Position numbers and translations under genes: made by a program. Below the pieces are notes generated by a model. It worked only from the letters and a program-made list of their open reading frames with translations, made no database searches and had not been told where the DNA came from. From positions 1 through 36,998 of the forward strand of contig JAGTQS010000004.1 in assembly GCA_018397055.1 (NCBI GenBank): DNA of 36,998 nucleotides. The letters are read 5' to 3'. The DNA comes from Candidatus Bathyarchaeota archaeon. Lineage in GTDB: Archaea > Thermoproteota > Bathyarchaeia > Bathyarchaeales > DTEX01. Each line of letters starts with the position of its first letter. The stretch's first letter is position 1. Positions 8,873-16,504 of this stretch are shown in pieces.

Positions 8873-9193
8873 CTATTTGTCTTCTTCGCTGTTCGATTGT
8901 TTCGGGAGAATCTTAAAGTGCGGTTGAAGCCTACCTGAGCTTAAAAGGGCGTTCATAAAGAAATACGTGTCCGCGTACTTTTGTTTTACCATGTTTTCTA
9001 TTTCCCCTGCCGAATAGATTTTTCCAACTTCGAGCTTTAGCTGCTCGTCAATCATTGCGTCAACGATGCCTGATTGTTCTAACACGTAGCCGCAGTCGCC
9101 GCAGAAGGTTGCCTCAGTGTCTCTGAGAATCGTTTCCGAGCCGCATTTAGAGCACTTTTTGCCTTTAACTTGGAAAAGCTCTTTCTCCGCCAT
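8873..9193 (-). CDS. Small zinc-ribbon protein
   Basis: CSKC-x13-CGDC (TFIIB-type ribbon pattern). ATG at 9193 preceded by GGCGGTG. Confidence 0.6.
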   Translation of the reverse strand: MAEKELFQVKGKKCSKCGSETILRDTEATFCGDCGYVLEQSGIVDAMIDEQLKLEVGKIYSAGEIENMVKQKYADTYFFMNALLSSGRLQPHFKILPKQSNSEEDK

Positions 9194-9294
9194 CACCGCC
9201 CACAACAATAAGAATTGTCAGAGTATCCTAATACCGTTTTCGATTAAACACGAAAAGTATGAAGTCGTAAACATGGAAGTGAAACAGCTCAGGC

Positions 9295-10278
9295 TTAAAA
9301 GTTCTTAAGCGGATATCTTCCGTATTTTTGGCCAGTTTCTGAAAGGATGATGGCGTTAGTTGGCGGGACGCCTTTGTAGATGCAGTTGCTTGTGGTTAGA
9401 AAGAATCCGCCTCCTGGAGCTGCGTCTCTGATGCATTGTTTTGCCTCTTCAACGACTTGTAAGGGTGTCCCGTACGCCATCGTCGTCGCTGCGTCCACGT
9501 TTCCGCAAACTGCAATTTTGTCGCAGAAACGCTGTTTAACCTCTGCGAGTCTCATGCCTGCGCTTGGGTCCACGCTGTGTAATGCGTCTATTCCCGTTGC
9601 GACCAAATCGTTAATTATTGGCCAGATGTTGCCATCCGTATGCTTCACGAAGAAAACCCCTTTACTGTGCGCGGCATCAACCAGCTTCTTAAGGTAAGGG
9701 AAAATCAGGTCGCGGTAAACCCACAGTGGATAGAAAGGTCCTTCTTTCAGGCAATAGTCTGTACAGTCAAAAACAAGCTCGACGCCTGCGTCAGCCTGCT
9801 CCTTAATGTTTTCAACAGAAGCCTTAATCATGGCGTCCATTTGTCTTTTGAACTCAGCGGGTTTCGTGAAAACATACTGCACAGTGCTAGCCATGTTCTT
9901 GCCTTCAGGAATGCCGAGGGTTCCACCAGCTGACCCTGCAATCAAGTAATCCGGCGCAACCTTCTTGAGTAGCCTTATGGCCTTTATTTGGTCTGGGACA
10001 AACGTGACTCTGATGACGTCGTAGCCCATTTTCATGCAGGTTTCAGCCAAGACAAGCGTGTTGTATTCGGTGACGTCAAATCTTTGCTGCTGTTTGGTTA
10101 TGGGAGCTTCTTTGAGGAAGTCTTGGAAAACCTTTTTTGTCCAATCGTCCTGTTCTTGGCTAACGACAAATTTTTTGCCGATTACCGCCTCGGGATACTG
10201 GAACTCGAGCTCAAACATTGGCACGCGGTCAGGCTCCTCAAGTTCCAAAGCGCAAATCGCCCTTTCACGAGGTTGCAT
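9295..10278 (-). CDS. Uroporphyrinogen decarboxylase-fold (UroD/MtaA/CmuA family) protein
   Basis: PRERAI..EPDRVP N-terminus, CTDY, HTDG, VCGNVD, GTPLQV, GGGFFLTTSNCI. GAGG RBS before the ATG at 10278. Confidence 0.85.
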   Translation of the reverse strand: MQPRERAICALELEEPDRVPMFELEFQYPEAVIGKKFVVSQEQDDWTKKVFQDFLKEAPITKQQQRFDVTEYNTLVLAETCMKMGYDVIRVTFVPDQIKAIRLLKKVAPDYLIAGSAGGTLGIPEGKNMASTVQYVFTKPAEFKRQMDAMIKASVENIKEQADAGVELVFDCTDYCLKEGPFYPLWVYRDLIFPYLKKLVDAAHSKGVFFVKHTDGNIWPIINDLVATGIDALHSVDPSAGMRLAEVKQRFCDKIAVCGNVDAATTMAYGTPLQVVEEAKQCIRDAAPGGGFFLTTSNCIYKGVPPTNAIILSETGQKYGRYPLKNF

Positions 10279-10420
10279 GTAACGGCCTCTCAAACACAAT
10301 GTTCTAAATCGTCTTTCACTATTTATGACTGGATTTGAACAAGAAATAATATACTATTGTTAATATTAATAAGTGAATTCATTTTGTGATTGATGTGAGG
10401 TAACGGGTTTGAGGAGAAGA

Positions 10421-11449
10421 ATGAAGTCTGCAGTTTTGCATAAGGCTGGAGACCTGAGAATTGAGGAGGTTGACGTTCCAAAAATTGGCCCTAACGACGT
10501 TCTCATAAAAATGAGGTGCGTCGGGATTTGCGGCTCAGACATCCATTATTACCTTGAGGGCAGAATTGGCTCATTCATTGTTGACAAGCCGTTAATTCTT
10601 GGGCATGAATGTTCAGGAGAGGTTGCGGAAGTCGGCAGAAACGTTACACGCGTCAAGGTTGGGCAGAGAATAATAATAGAGCCAGGTTTCACTTGCGGAA
10701 GATGCAGCTACTGCAGAAGTGGAAGATACAATCTTTGTAAGGACGTCCTGTTTTATGGAACCCCGCCTGTGCATGGGGCTTTCGCAGAGTACGCCTACGC
10801 GCCTGAGACGAACGTTTACCTGATGCCCGGCAACATGTCTCTCGAGGAAGGGGCGATGATTGAACCCTTAGCAGTTGGGATGATGGCTGCGAAACGTGGA
10901 AGGGTTTCAGTTAATGATTCAGTGGCAATCTTAGGCGCGGGACCAATTGGGCAGATGGCGCTTCAAGCAGTTAAGGCGTATGGAGTGATTGAAACATACG
11001 TAACCGACGTGGTCGATTATAGGCTGGAATACGCAAAAAAGGCAGGTGCAAAAGCCGTGGTAAACGCCGCAAAAGAAGACGTTGTTGGAAAAATATTGGA
11101 GCTAACAGACAACGAAGGCGTCGACGTCGTCATAGAAGCCTCAGGCGCAGTTTCCGCCGTTAAGCAGACGCTGGACATCGCAAAACGTGGAGGACGAATA
11201 GTGCAAGTAGGATGGCCAATGACTGAGGTCCCGTTTCCAATAGCCAAAATCATAGGAAACGAACTCGAGGTACTCGGCGTACACAGATACGCAAACGTTT
11301 ACCCAACAGCCATAAAAGCCGTATCAACAGGAAAAGTCGACGTCAAGCCCTTCATTACGCATCGCTTCCCATTCGAAAAAATAACAGAAGCCTTCGAAAC
11401 CCAAATCAAAAAAACAGGCAACCCAATGAAAATAATCGTCAAAATCTGA
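10421..11449 (+). CDS. Zn-dependent polyol (sorbitol/xylitol-type) dehydrogenase, MDR family
   Basis: GICGSDIHYY, LGHECSG, structural Zn CGRCSYC..RYNLC, GTPP, IEPLAVG, GAGPIG, HRYAN. Confidence 0.88.
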   Translation: MKSAVLHKAGDLRIEEVDVPKIGPNDVLIKMRCVGICGSDIHYYLEGRIGSFIVDKPLILGHECSGEVAEVGRNVTRVKVGQRIIIEPGFTCGRCSYCRSGRYNLCKDVLFYGTPPVHGAFAEYAYAPETNVYLMPGNMSLEEGAMIEPLAVGMMAAKRGRVSVNDSVAILGAGPIGQMALQAVKAYGVIETYVTDVVDYRLEYAKKAGAKAVVNAAKEDVVGKILELTDNEGVDVVIEASGAVSAVKQTLDIAKRGGRIVQVGWPMTEVPFPIAKIIGNELEVLGVHRYANVYPTAIKAVSTGKVDVKPFITHRFPFEKITEAFETQIKKTGNPMKIIVKI

Positions 11450-11633
11450 ATTCCTTCTAAGAAATAAGAAACTAAGATGTTGAAAAGGTCATATCTTAAG
11501 AATCCACTGCGTAAAGCAGCTGTCCAAAAAAGCACGTTCAAATAAAAAGCCAAGAGGGCTACGAGAATCCTCTCTTAATTTTAGCGGTAACTCCTCAAGA
11601 AGAGTCTTCCTATATGAGTGTAAGGCATAATGG

Positions 11634-11711
11634 TGGTGGACTGGGGGGGATTTGAACCCCCGACCTCCTGAGTGCAAGTCAGGCGTTCATGCCAAACTGA
11701 ACTACCAGCCC
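11634..11711 (-). tRNA. tRNA-Ala(UGC), CCA encoded
   Basis: Reverse complement folds as GGGCTGG/CCAGTCC acceptor stem with G3:U70, D stem GTTC/GAAC, anticodon arm CCTGA-CT TGC AC-TCAGG, T arm GGGGG-TTCAAAT-CCCCC, then A73-CCA. Confidence 0.97.
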
Positions 11712-11826
11712 CTATTTGTTGTTTGCCTAGTTGAATATTGGGAAAAGAGGCTGTATTTTAGGTTTTATGATTTTTTGGTGAAAGTTTTAAATGTAACGTT
11801 GATTTTTTGGTTTTTGGCGATCCACA

Positions 11827-12882
11827 TTGTTAGCGAGGAAAATATTTTTCACAAAGCCGAAAACGGCGGAGATTGTTAGGTACAAATTGGACGAGACGTT
11901 GGGCGAACATGAGGTTCTTGTGCAAACGCTGTATTCGATTGTTAGCTCAGGAACTGAGGGGGCTAACTTCGCTAATCCCGATGTTGAAAAAATAGATGTG
12001 GACTCGTGGATGAGAAACCCTGGCTACGGAAGCGTGGGCAAGGTTCTTGCCGTCGGCGAAAAGGTCAAGGACTACAAGGTAGGCGACCTCGTTTTCAGCA
12101 CGAAAAACCATTGTTCGCACTTTAAAATCGACGAAAGATACGACCCCTCAAGGTACTCGCTTTTCATGATTAAGCTCCCCGACCAAATAGAGCCGATAAA
12201 AGCCGTCTTCGCCCGAATGGCGGATGTGGCGATGAGCGCGATCCGAATGGCAGACCTTGGACTCGGAGACACTGTTGTCGTCATTGGGCTTGGACTTGTC
12301 GGAAACTTCGCCGCCCAGCTGTTCCAGCTTGCCGGAGCAGATGTTATGGCAGCGGATTTAGTTGAATTCCGCCTTGAACGTGCAAAGCAGTGCGGTATAA
12401 AAAGGGTTGTTAACTCCCAAAACTGGGATGAGTTCAAAAAGGCCGTCATGAACTGGACTGAAGGCAAAGGAGCCCAAATCGTGGTTGAAGCCATAGGTTT
12501 CTCTCCAGTCATCGCCAAAGCTGTGGGTTTAGCCCGTTCCCACGGCGAGGTCATTTTACTCGGCAGCCCAAGAGGAGAGGCGGTGATGGACATAACCCCG
12601 ATGCTTTCCGACGTTCACCTTAGGCACGTCACAATTAAAGGCGGACTTGAGTGGCTTTGGTCGGTTCCCGATGGTCCATACTACCATCCAAGCCGGTTCT
12701 CGAAGATGGCTAACCTGAAGCAAATCTTTTCCTACCTGAAGTCGGGAGCCCTCGTCACTGAGCCGCTGCTGACCCACATTGTTCCCCCTGAAAAATGCCA
12801 AGAAGTCTACGAAGGTCTAGCTGGAGGCATAAAGGGAACTCTTAGAACCACGTACCTTGGCGTAGTCTACGATTGGACTTGA
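11827..12882 (+). CDS. MDR-family NAD(P)-dependent dehydrogenase lacking canonical Zn ligands
   Basis: VSSGTE and PGYGSVG in place of CGSD/GHE, GLGLVG Rossmann motif, VVEAIG. Confidence 0.8.
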   Translation: MLARKIFFTKPKTAEIVRYKLDETLGEHEVLVQTLYSIVSSGTEGANFANPDVEKIDVDSWMRNPGYGSVGKVLAVGEKVKDYKVGDLVFSTKNHCSHFKIDERYDPSRYSLFMIKLPDQIEPIKAVFARMADVAMSAIRMADLGLGDTVVVIGLGLVGNFAAQLFQLAGADVMAADLVEFRLERAKQCGIKRVVNSQNWDEFKKAVMNWTEGKGAQIVVEAIGFSPVIAKAVGLARSHGEVILLGSPRGEAVMDITPMLSDVHLRHVTIKGGLEWLWSVPDGPYYHPSRFSKMANLKQIFSYLKSGALVTEPLLTHIVPPEKCQEVYEGLAGGIKGTLRTTYLGVVYDWT

Positions 12883-13005
12883 GCCCTAGTTCCTAAAAAA
12901 TGTCCTAAGCGGCTAGCAACCATACTTTTTTGTTTTTTCACCATCTTCTGAGAGCAAAGGATTAAGGAACCCTTTGACATACATGTTTTCGGAGAACGCT
13001 GAGCC

Positions 13006-13857
13006 TTGCAGTTGCCAGTCCAAGATGAGATTCTAGCCTGCCTTCAGTTCGTGTTTCCGGAAATAGAATGGAAACTTGACGAAATCGTAAGCTTCTACAA
13101 GGCCATAGGCATCATGAATCTTAGCGGAAGACCGTATGCGGAACGCGAGAAAAAACTTTTCGAAGTCGTGTTTTTCGCCGACCACGTTGTGAGATGCGTT
13201 GAAAACATTTCGCGAAGGCGGGACATTGTTCTTTTGGACTGTGGCTGTGGACGCTCATACCTTCCCTTCTTCGTTAACCTGGTTCTTAGGAAAAAGCGGA
13301 GAACCATAATCTATATCGGCGTAGACGCGGAGCCTGAGCTTGTAAAAAAGTCGTCTCAAACAGCTGATGCCTTAGGCTACACGAACATGGAGTTCCACCA
13401 AAGTAGCATAATCGCTTTTGAACCGGAAAAGAAGCCTAACATAGTTTGCGCGCTTCATGCATGCGACACAGCAACTGACGAGGCGATAGCAAAAGGAATT
13501 CGGCTGAAAGCAAGGTTCATCGTCGCCGCTTCATGCTGTCAACGCCAAATAGTCAGTCAAATAGGCAAAGCAGCGACGAAGGTTCCTGAGCTTAAACCGT
13601 TCGTTGAGACAAAAATAGCCAAAGAATATGTTGGAGTGGCCTTAACAGAGACCCTGAGGAAGCTAGCCCTAGAAAGCTGCGGATACAAGGTTGACATGTT
13701 CGAGTTCGTTCCAACAAGGTACACGCCTAAAAACATCATGCTCCGCGCTGAAAAGAAACAGGCGCAAAACCCTGAAAGCCTAAAGGCGTACAGTGCCCTA
13801 AGAGACTACTTCAACGTGAAACCCAAAATCCAAGACTTTCTGCCAGAATTGCTGTGA
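13006..13857 (+). CDS. Class I SAM-dependent methyltransferase (Methyltransf_32-like)
   Basis: LLDCGCGRSYL, ALHACDTATDEA, SCCQ, EFV...TPKNIMLRA. Confidence 0.85.
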   Translation: MQLPVQDEILACLQFVFPEIEWKLDEIVSFYKAIGIMNLSGRPYAEREKKLFEVVFFADHVVRCVENISRRRDIVLLDCGCGRSYLPFFVNLVLRKKRRTIIYIGVDAEPELVKKSSQTADALGYTNMEFHQSSIIAFEPEKKPNIVCALHACDTATDEAIAKGIRLKARFIVAASCCQRQIVSQIGKAATKVPELKPFVETKIAKEYVGVALTETLRKLALESCGYKVDMFEFVPTRYTPKNIMLRAEKKQAQNPESLKAYSALRDYFNVKPKIQDFLPELL

Positions 13858-13877
13858 GCCAAAATCTGATTTTTGGA

Positions 13878-13983
13878 GGCCGCTGCTGGGATTTGAACCC
13901 AGCCTCCAGGCTCCACAGGCCTGTTCGCTACCAGGTTTCGCGGAAGGCTTGTGTGTAAGCTTTTCCTCTACGTTACAGCGGCC
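13878..13983 (-). tRNA. tRNA-His(GUG) with encoded G-1 and a 32-nt non-canonical intron at 15/16
   Basis: Acceptor stem GCCGCTG/CAGCGGC with G-1:C73, anticodon arm CAGGC-CT GTG GA-GCCTG, T arm CTGGG-TTCAAAT-CCCAG. Removing 13936-13967 restores the D loop AGCCTGGTA. Confidence 0.92.
13936..13967 (-). other. Archaeal tRNA intron in the D loop
   Basis: AG^A bulge, intron hairpin GGAA-AA-GCTT(ACACAC)AAGC-C-TTCC, central helix ACGT/GCGA, AA^C second site. This is a relaxed bulge-helix-bulge/loop motif. Confidence 0.8.
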
Positions 13984-14066
13984 GCTTTTCTTTAGCTATG
14001 CAAGCCAATATTTTTGGATGTTAGCCTTTAATATTTATGTTTTGTATATAGGTTTGGCGGTTTGTG

Positions 14067-14525
14067 ATGAGCGAATCTTCTGAGGCGGAAATTGAATCTC
14101 AGCTTAAAGGCAAGACTTTGCTTGTTTACTGGTTTCTTCTTAGGTCTCAGGAGAAGCCTGTTGGCGTCCGTGAGATTCAGAGGGAACTTGGTTTTTCAAG
14201 CCCAAGCATTGCTGCTCACCATCTGGATAAGCTTCATTCTTTAGGTTTGGTTGAAAAGACGATTCAGGGCGAATATTTTCTTTCGCGAGAGGTGAAGGTT
14301 GGCGTCTTAAGGTTTTTCACGCGGCTTGGAAGGTTCATGATTCCCCGTTATCTTTTTTATTCGGTTTGGTTTTCCACGATGTTTGTTGTTTACCTGGTTC
14401 TCTGTTTCTCCTTTTACGGGTATAGCGGCAGCATTCACAATGTTGTGGCAATAATCTTCGGAGTCATCGCGTGCGGAATACTGTGGTATGAAACAATAAG
14501 GCTGTGGAAGCAGAGGCCTGCTTAA
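14067..14525 (+). CDS. Winged-HTH protein with two C-terminal transmembrane helices
   Basis: VGVREIQRELGFSSPSIAAHHLDKLHSLGLVEK...GEY, then two hydrophobic segments. Confidence 0.8.
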   Translation: MSESSEAEIESQLKGKTLLVYWFLLRSQEKPVGVREIQRELGFSSPSIAAHHLDKLHSLGLVEKTIQGEYFLSREVKVGVLRFFTRLGRFMIPRYLFYSVWFSTMFVVYLVLCFSFYGYSGSIHNVVAIIFGVIACGILWYETIRLWKQRPA

Positions 14526-14609
14526 TAACAAAAAATCCAGAGTACAAAAACACTTTTAGATGTTAAATCTATAAACTTGGCTATAATAATTGATTTGAGT
14601 GTGATTTAT

Positions 14610-15395
14610 ATGAAGTTGGCAGTACAGGAAAACCTTGTTCCAGGAAAAAATGTTCTTGAAAAACTGCGTAGAATCGAAAAATACGGTTACGAAGGCGTGG
14701 AAGTCTTCTATAACGTTTTGCCTCAAATACTCGACGAACTGAAAAAGGCTTTACCGTCTTCAAAGGTCAAGTTCTCAACCGTCTGCGGGACACCTAGCGG
14801 CCTTCTCGGCCCAGACCGAAGAACAAGGGAAAACGCTTTGGAAGGAATCAGAAGCCTACTTAGGTTATGCTCGGACCTAGGTGGCGTAGGCGTCATCTGC
14901 GTTCCAATCTTTGGCGGTCCACAAATCTCCGACCTGTATCCTTGGCAGCCTGATGTTAAGCAGCTTGAAAAGAACGTTGTTGTTGAGGAGTTCAAAATTC
15001 TGGGCAGAGACGCTGACGACCTCGGCGTCTACTTGCTTTTGGAGCCTCTGAACCGTTACGAGACTCACTTCGTTAACAGGCTTGAACATGCAGTTAAGAT
15101 CGTCGAGGAGGTCGGCGTAGAGCACGTTCAGATGATGGCTGACTTCTTCCACATGAGCATCGAAGAGCAGGACATAGCCTCCAGCATAGAGGCAGCTTCG
15201 AAACACATCTTCCACGTTCACCTTGCGGACAGCAACAGGCTGCTTCCAGGACATGGACACACAGAGTTCAAAAAGCCGCTTCAAACCCTCAAAAAGGTCG
15301 GATTCAAACACTACATGGCTTTAGAATGCGGGGTTCCAGGCGACCCAGATGAAACTTTGCCCCAATGCGTAAAATACCTAAAGAGTTTCATGTAA
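14610..15395 (+). CDS. Sugar phosphate isomerase/epimerase (D-tagatose/psicose 3-epimerase-like TIM barrel)
   Basis: GYEGVE, LEPLNRYE, DFFHMSIEE, HVHLADSNRLLPGHG, ALEC. Confidence 0.88.
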   Translation: MKLAVQENLVPGKNVLEKLRRIEKYGYEGVEVFYNVLPQILDELKKALPSSKVKFSTVCGTPSGLLGPDRRTRENALEGIRSLLRLCSDLGGVGVICVPIFGGPQISDLYPWQPDVKQLEKNVVVEEFKILGRDADDLGVYLLLEPLNRYETHFVNRLEHAVKIVEEVGVEHVQMMADFFHMSIEEQDIASSIEAASKHIFHVHLADSNRLLPGHGHTEFKKPLQTLKKVGFKHYMALECGVPGDPDETLPQCVKYLKSFM

Positions 15396-15413
15396 ATCTG
15401 GAGGTGTGCAAAG

Positions 15414-16427
15414 TTGGCTGACAAGCTTCAACTGGGAATTGTTGGTTGCGGTGGAATTGGAGTAACGCATCTAAAGGGACTTGTTAAGAACCCGTTTGTG
15501 GAACTCACAGCCTTCTGCGACGCAAACATAAACCAAGCTAGAAACGTTGCCCAACAGTTCCGTCCAGAAGCAAGGGTTTTTGACAATGCTGAAACCATGA
15601 TAAACGAGATTAAGCTTGACGTTTTGTACCTGTGCATTCCACCCTTCGCCCACGGCGTAGAGCACACTGCGATTGACCGCGGAATCCCGTTCTTTGTCGA
15701 GAAACCTATTCACTTGGACCTTAACCAGGCGAAGCAGATTGCTTCGGAGATTGAAAGCAAAAAGGTTCTGACAAGCGTAGGCTACATGAACCGTTACCGA
15801 AAAGGCGTGCAGAGAGTCCGGGAAGTCCTCAAGGAGGATCCGCCTATTCTGTTGCTCGGAGGCTGGGTTGGGGGAACGCCGAGGTTTGATGCTTCTGCCC
15901 CCAGTTTTAGCTGGTGGGTTGACAAAGCAAAGAGCGGGGGACAATTTCACGAGCAGGTTACGCATACGGTTGACCTTGCACGTTACCTTTGCGGCGAAGT
16001 AGCTGAGGTTCACGCATACTCAGCTCGTGGACTTAACAAGGGAACTGCGCCTAACTATAACATTGAAGACGCAAGCGTCGTGGGTTTGAAATTCCGTAGC
16101 GGCGCAGTTGGGGCTTTGTGGGCTTCGTGTTCAAGCAATGCGGGAGAAGGTGGTGTAAGCCTAACCATATATGGTTTGAGGACGACGGCTTTGTTCACCA
16201 AGTGGGAGCACAACTTGAGGTTGCTACAGGTTGACAAGTGGCACGAGGAGATTCTAGGCGAACCCAACATCTTCGAAATTGAGGATTACGCTTTCATCGA
16301 AGCCGTACGTTCATGCGACGAGTCAAAAATCCTTTGTCCATATTCAGACGCGGTGAAGACGCTTGAAATTACTTTGGCGGCTAACACGTCTATGGAGACG
16401 GGCAAGCCGGTGAAAATCTCTGGCTAA
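15414..16427 (+). CDS. Gfo/Idh/MocA family oxidoreductase
   Basis: GIVGCGGIG, IPPFAH, VEKP, VGYMNRY, SGG..HEQVTHTVD. GGAGGTG RBS before the TTG start. Confidence 0.9.
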   Translation: MADKLQLGIVGCGGIGVTHLKGLVKNPFVELTAFCDANINQARNVAQQFRPEARVFDNAETMINEIKLDVLYLCIPPFAHGVEHTAIDRGIPFFVEKPIHLDLNQAKQIASEIESKKVLTSVGYMNRYRKGVQRVREVLKEDPPILLLGGWVGGTPRFDASAPSFSWWVDKAKSGGQFHEQVTHTVDLARYLCGEVAEVHAYSARGLNKGTAPNYNIEDASVVGLKFRSGAVGALWASCSSNAGEGGVSLTIYGLRTTALFTKWEHNLRLLQVDKWHEEILGEPNIFEIEDYAFIEAVRSCDESKILCPYSDAVKTLEITLAANTSMETGKPVKISG

Positions 16428-16504
16428 ACTTCTTTCGGCAAGATTGTTCCTATGTTAGGGAAGTAATTTAAGATTTAATGCATATTGTGGGTTAAGGTGG
16501 TTTC

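Noticed and set aside
11489-11879. 62-aa and 75-aa ORFs
   Set aside because: They overlap tRNA-Ala, and the translations are just tRNA sequence.
11631-13983. tRNA-anchored integrated element
   Set aside because: No duplicated tRNA 3' end and no integrase seen in the window.
14064-14083. GTGATGA...CTGA resembling a C/D box or K-loop
   Set aside because: It coincides with the start codons of a CDS and has no convincing C'/D partner or terminal stem.
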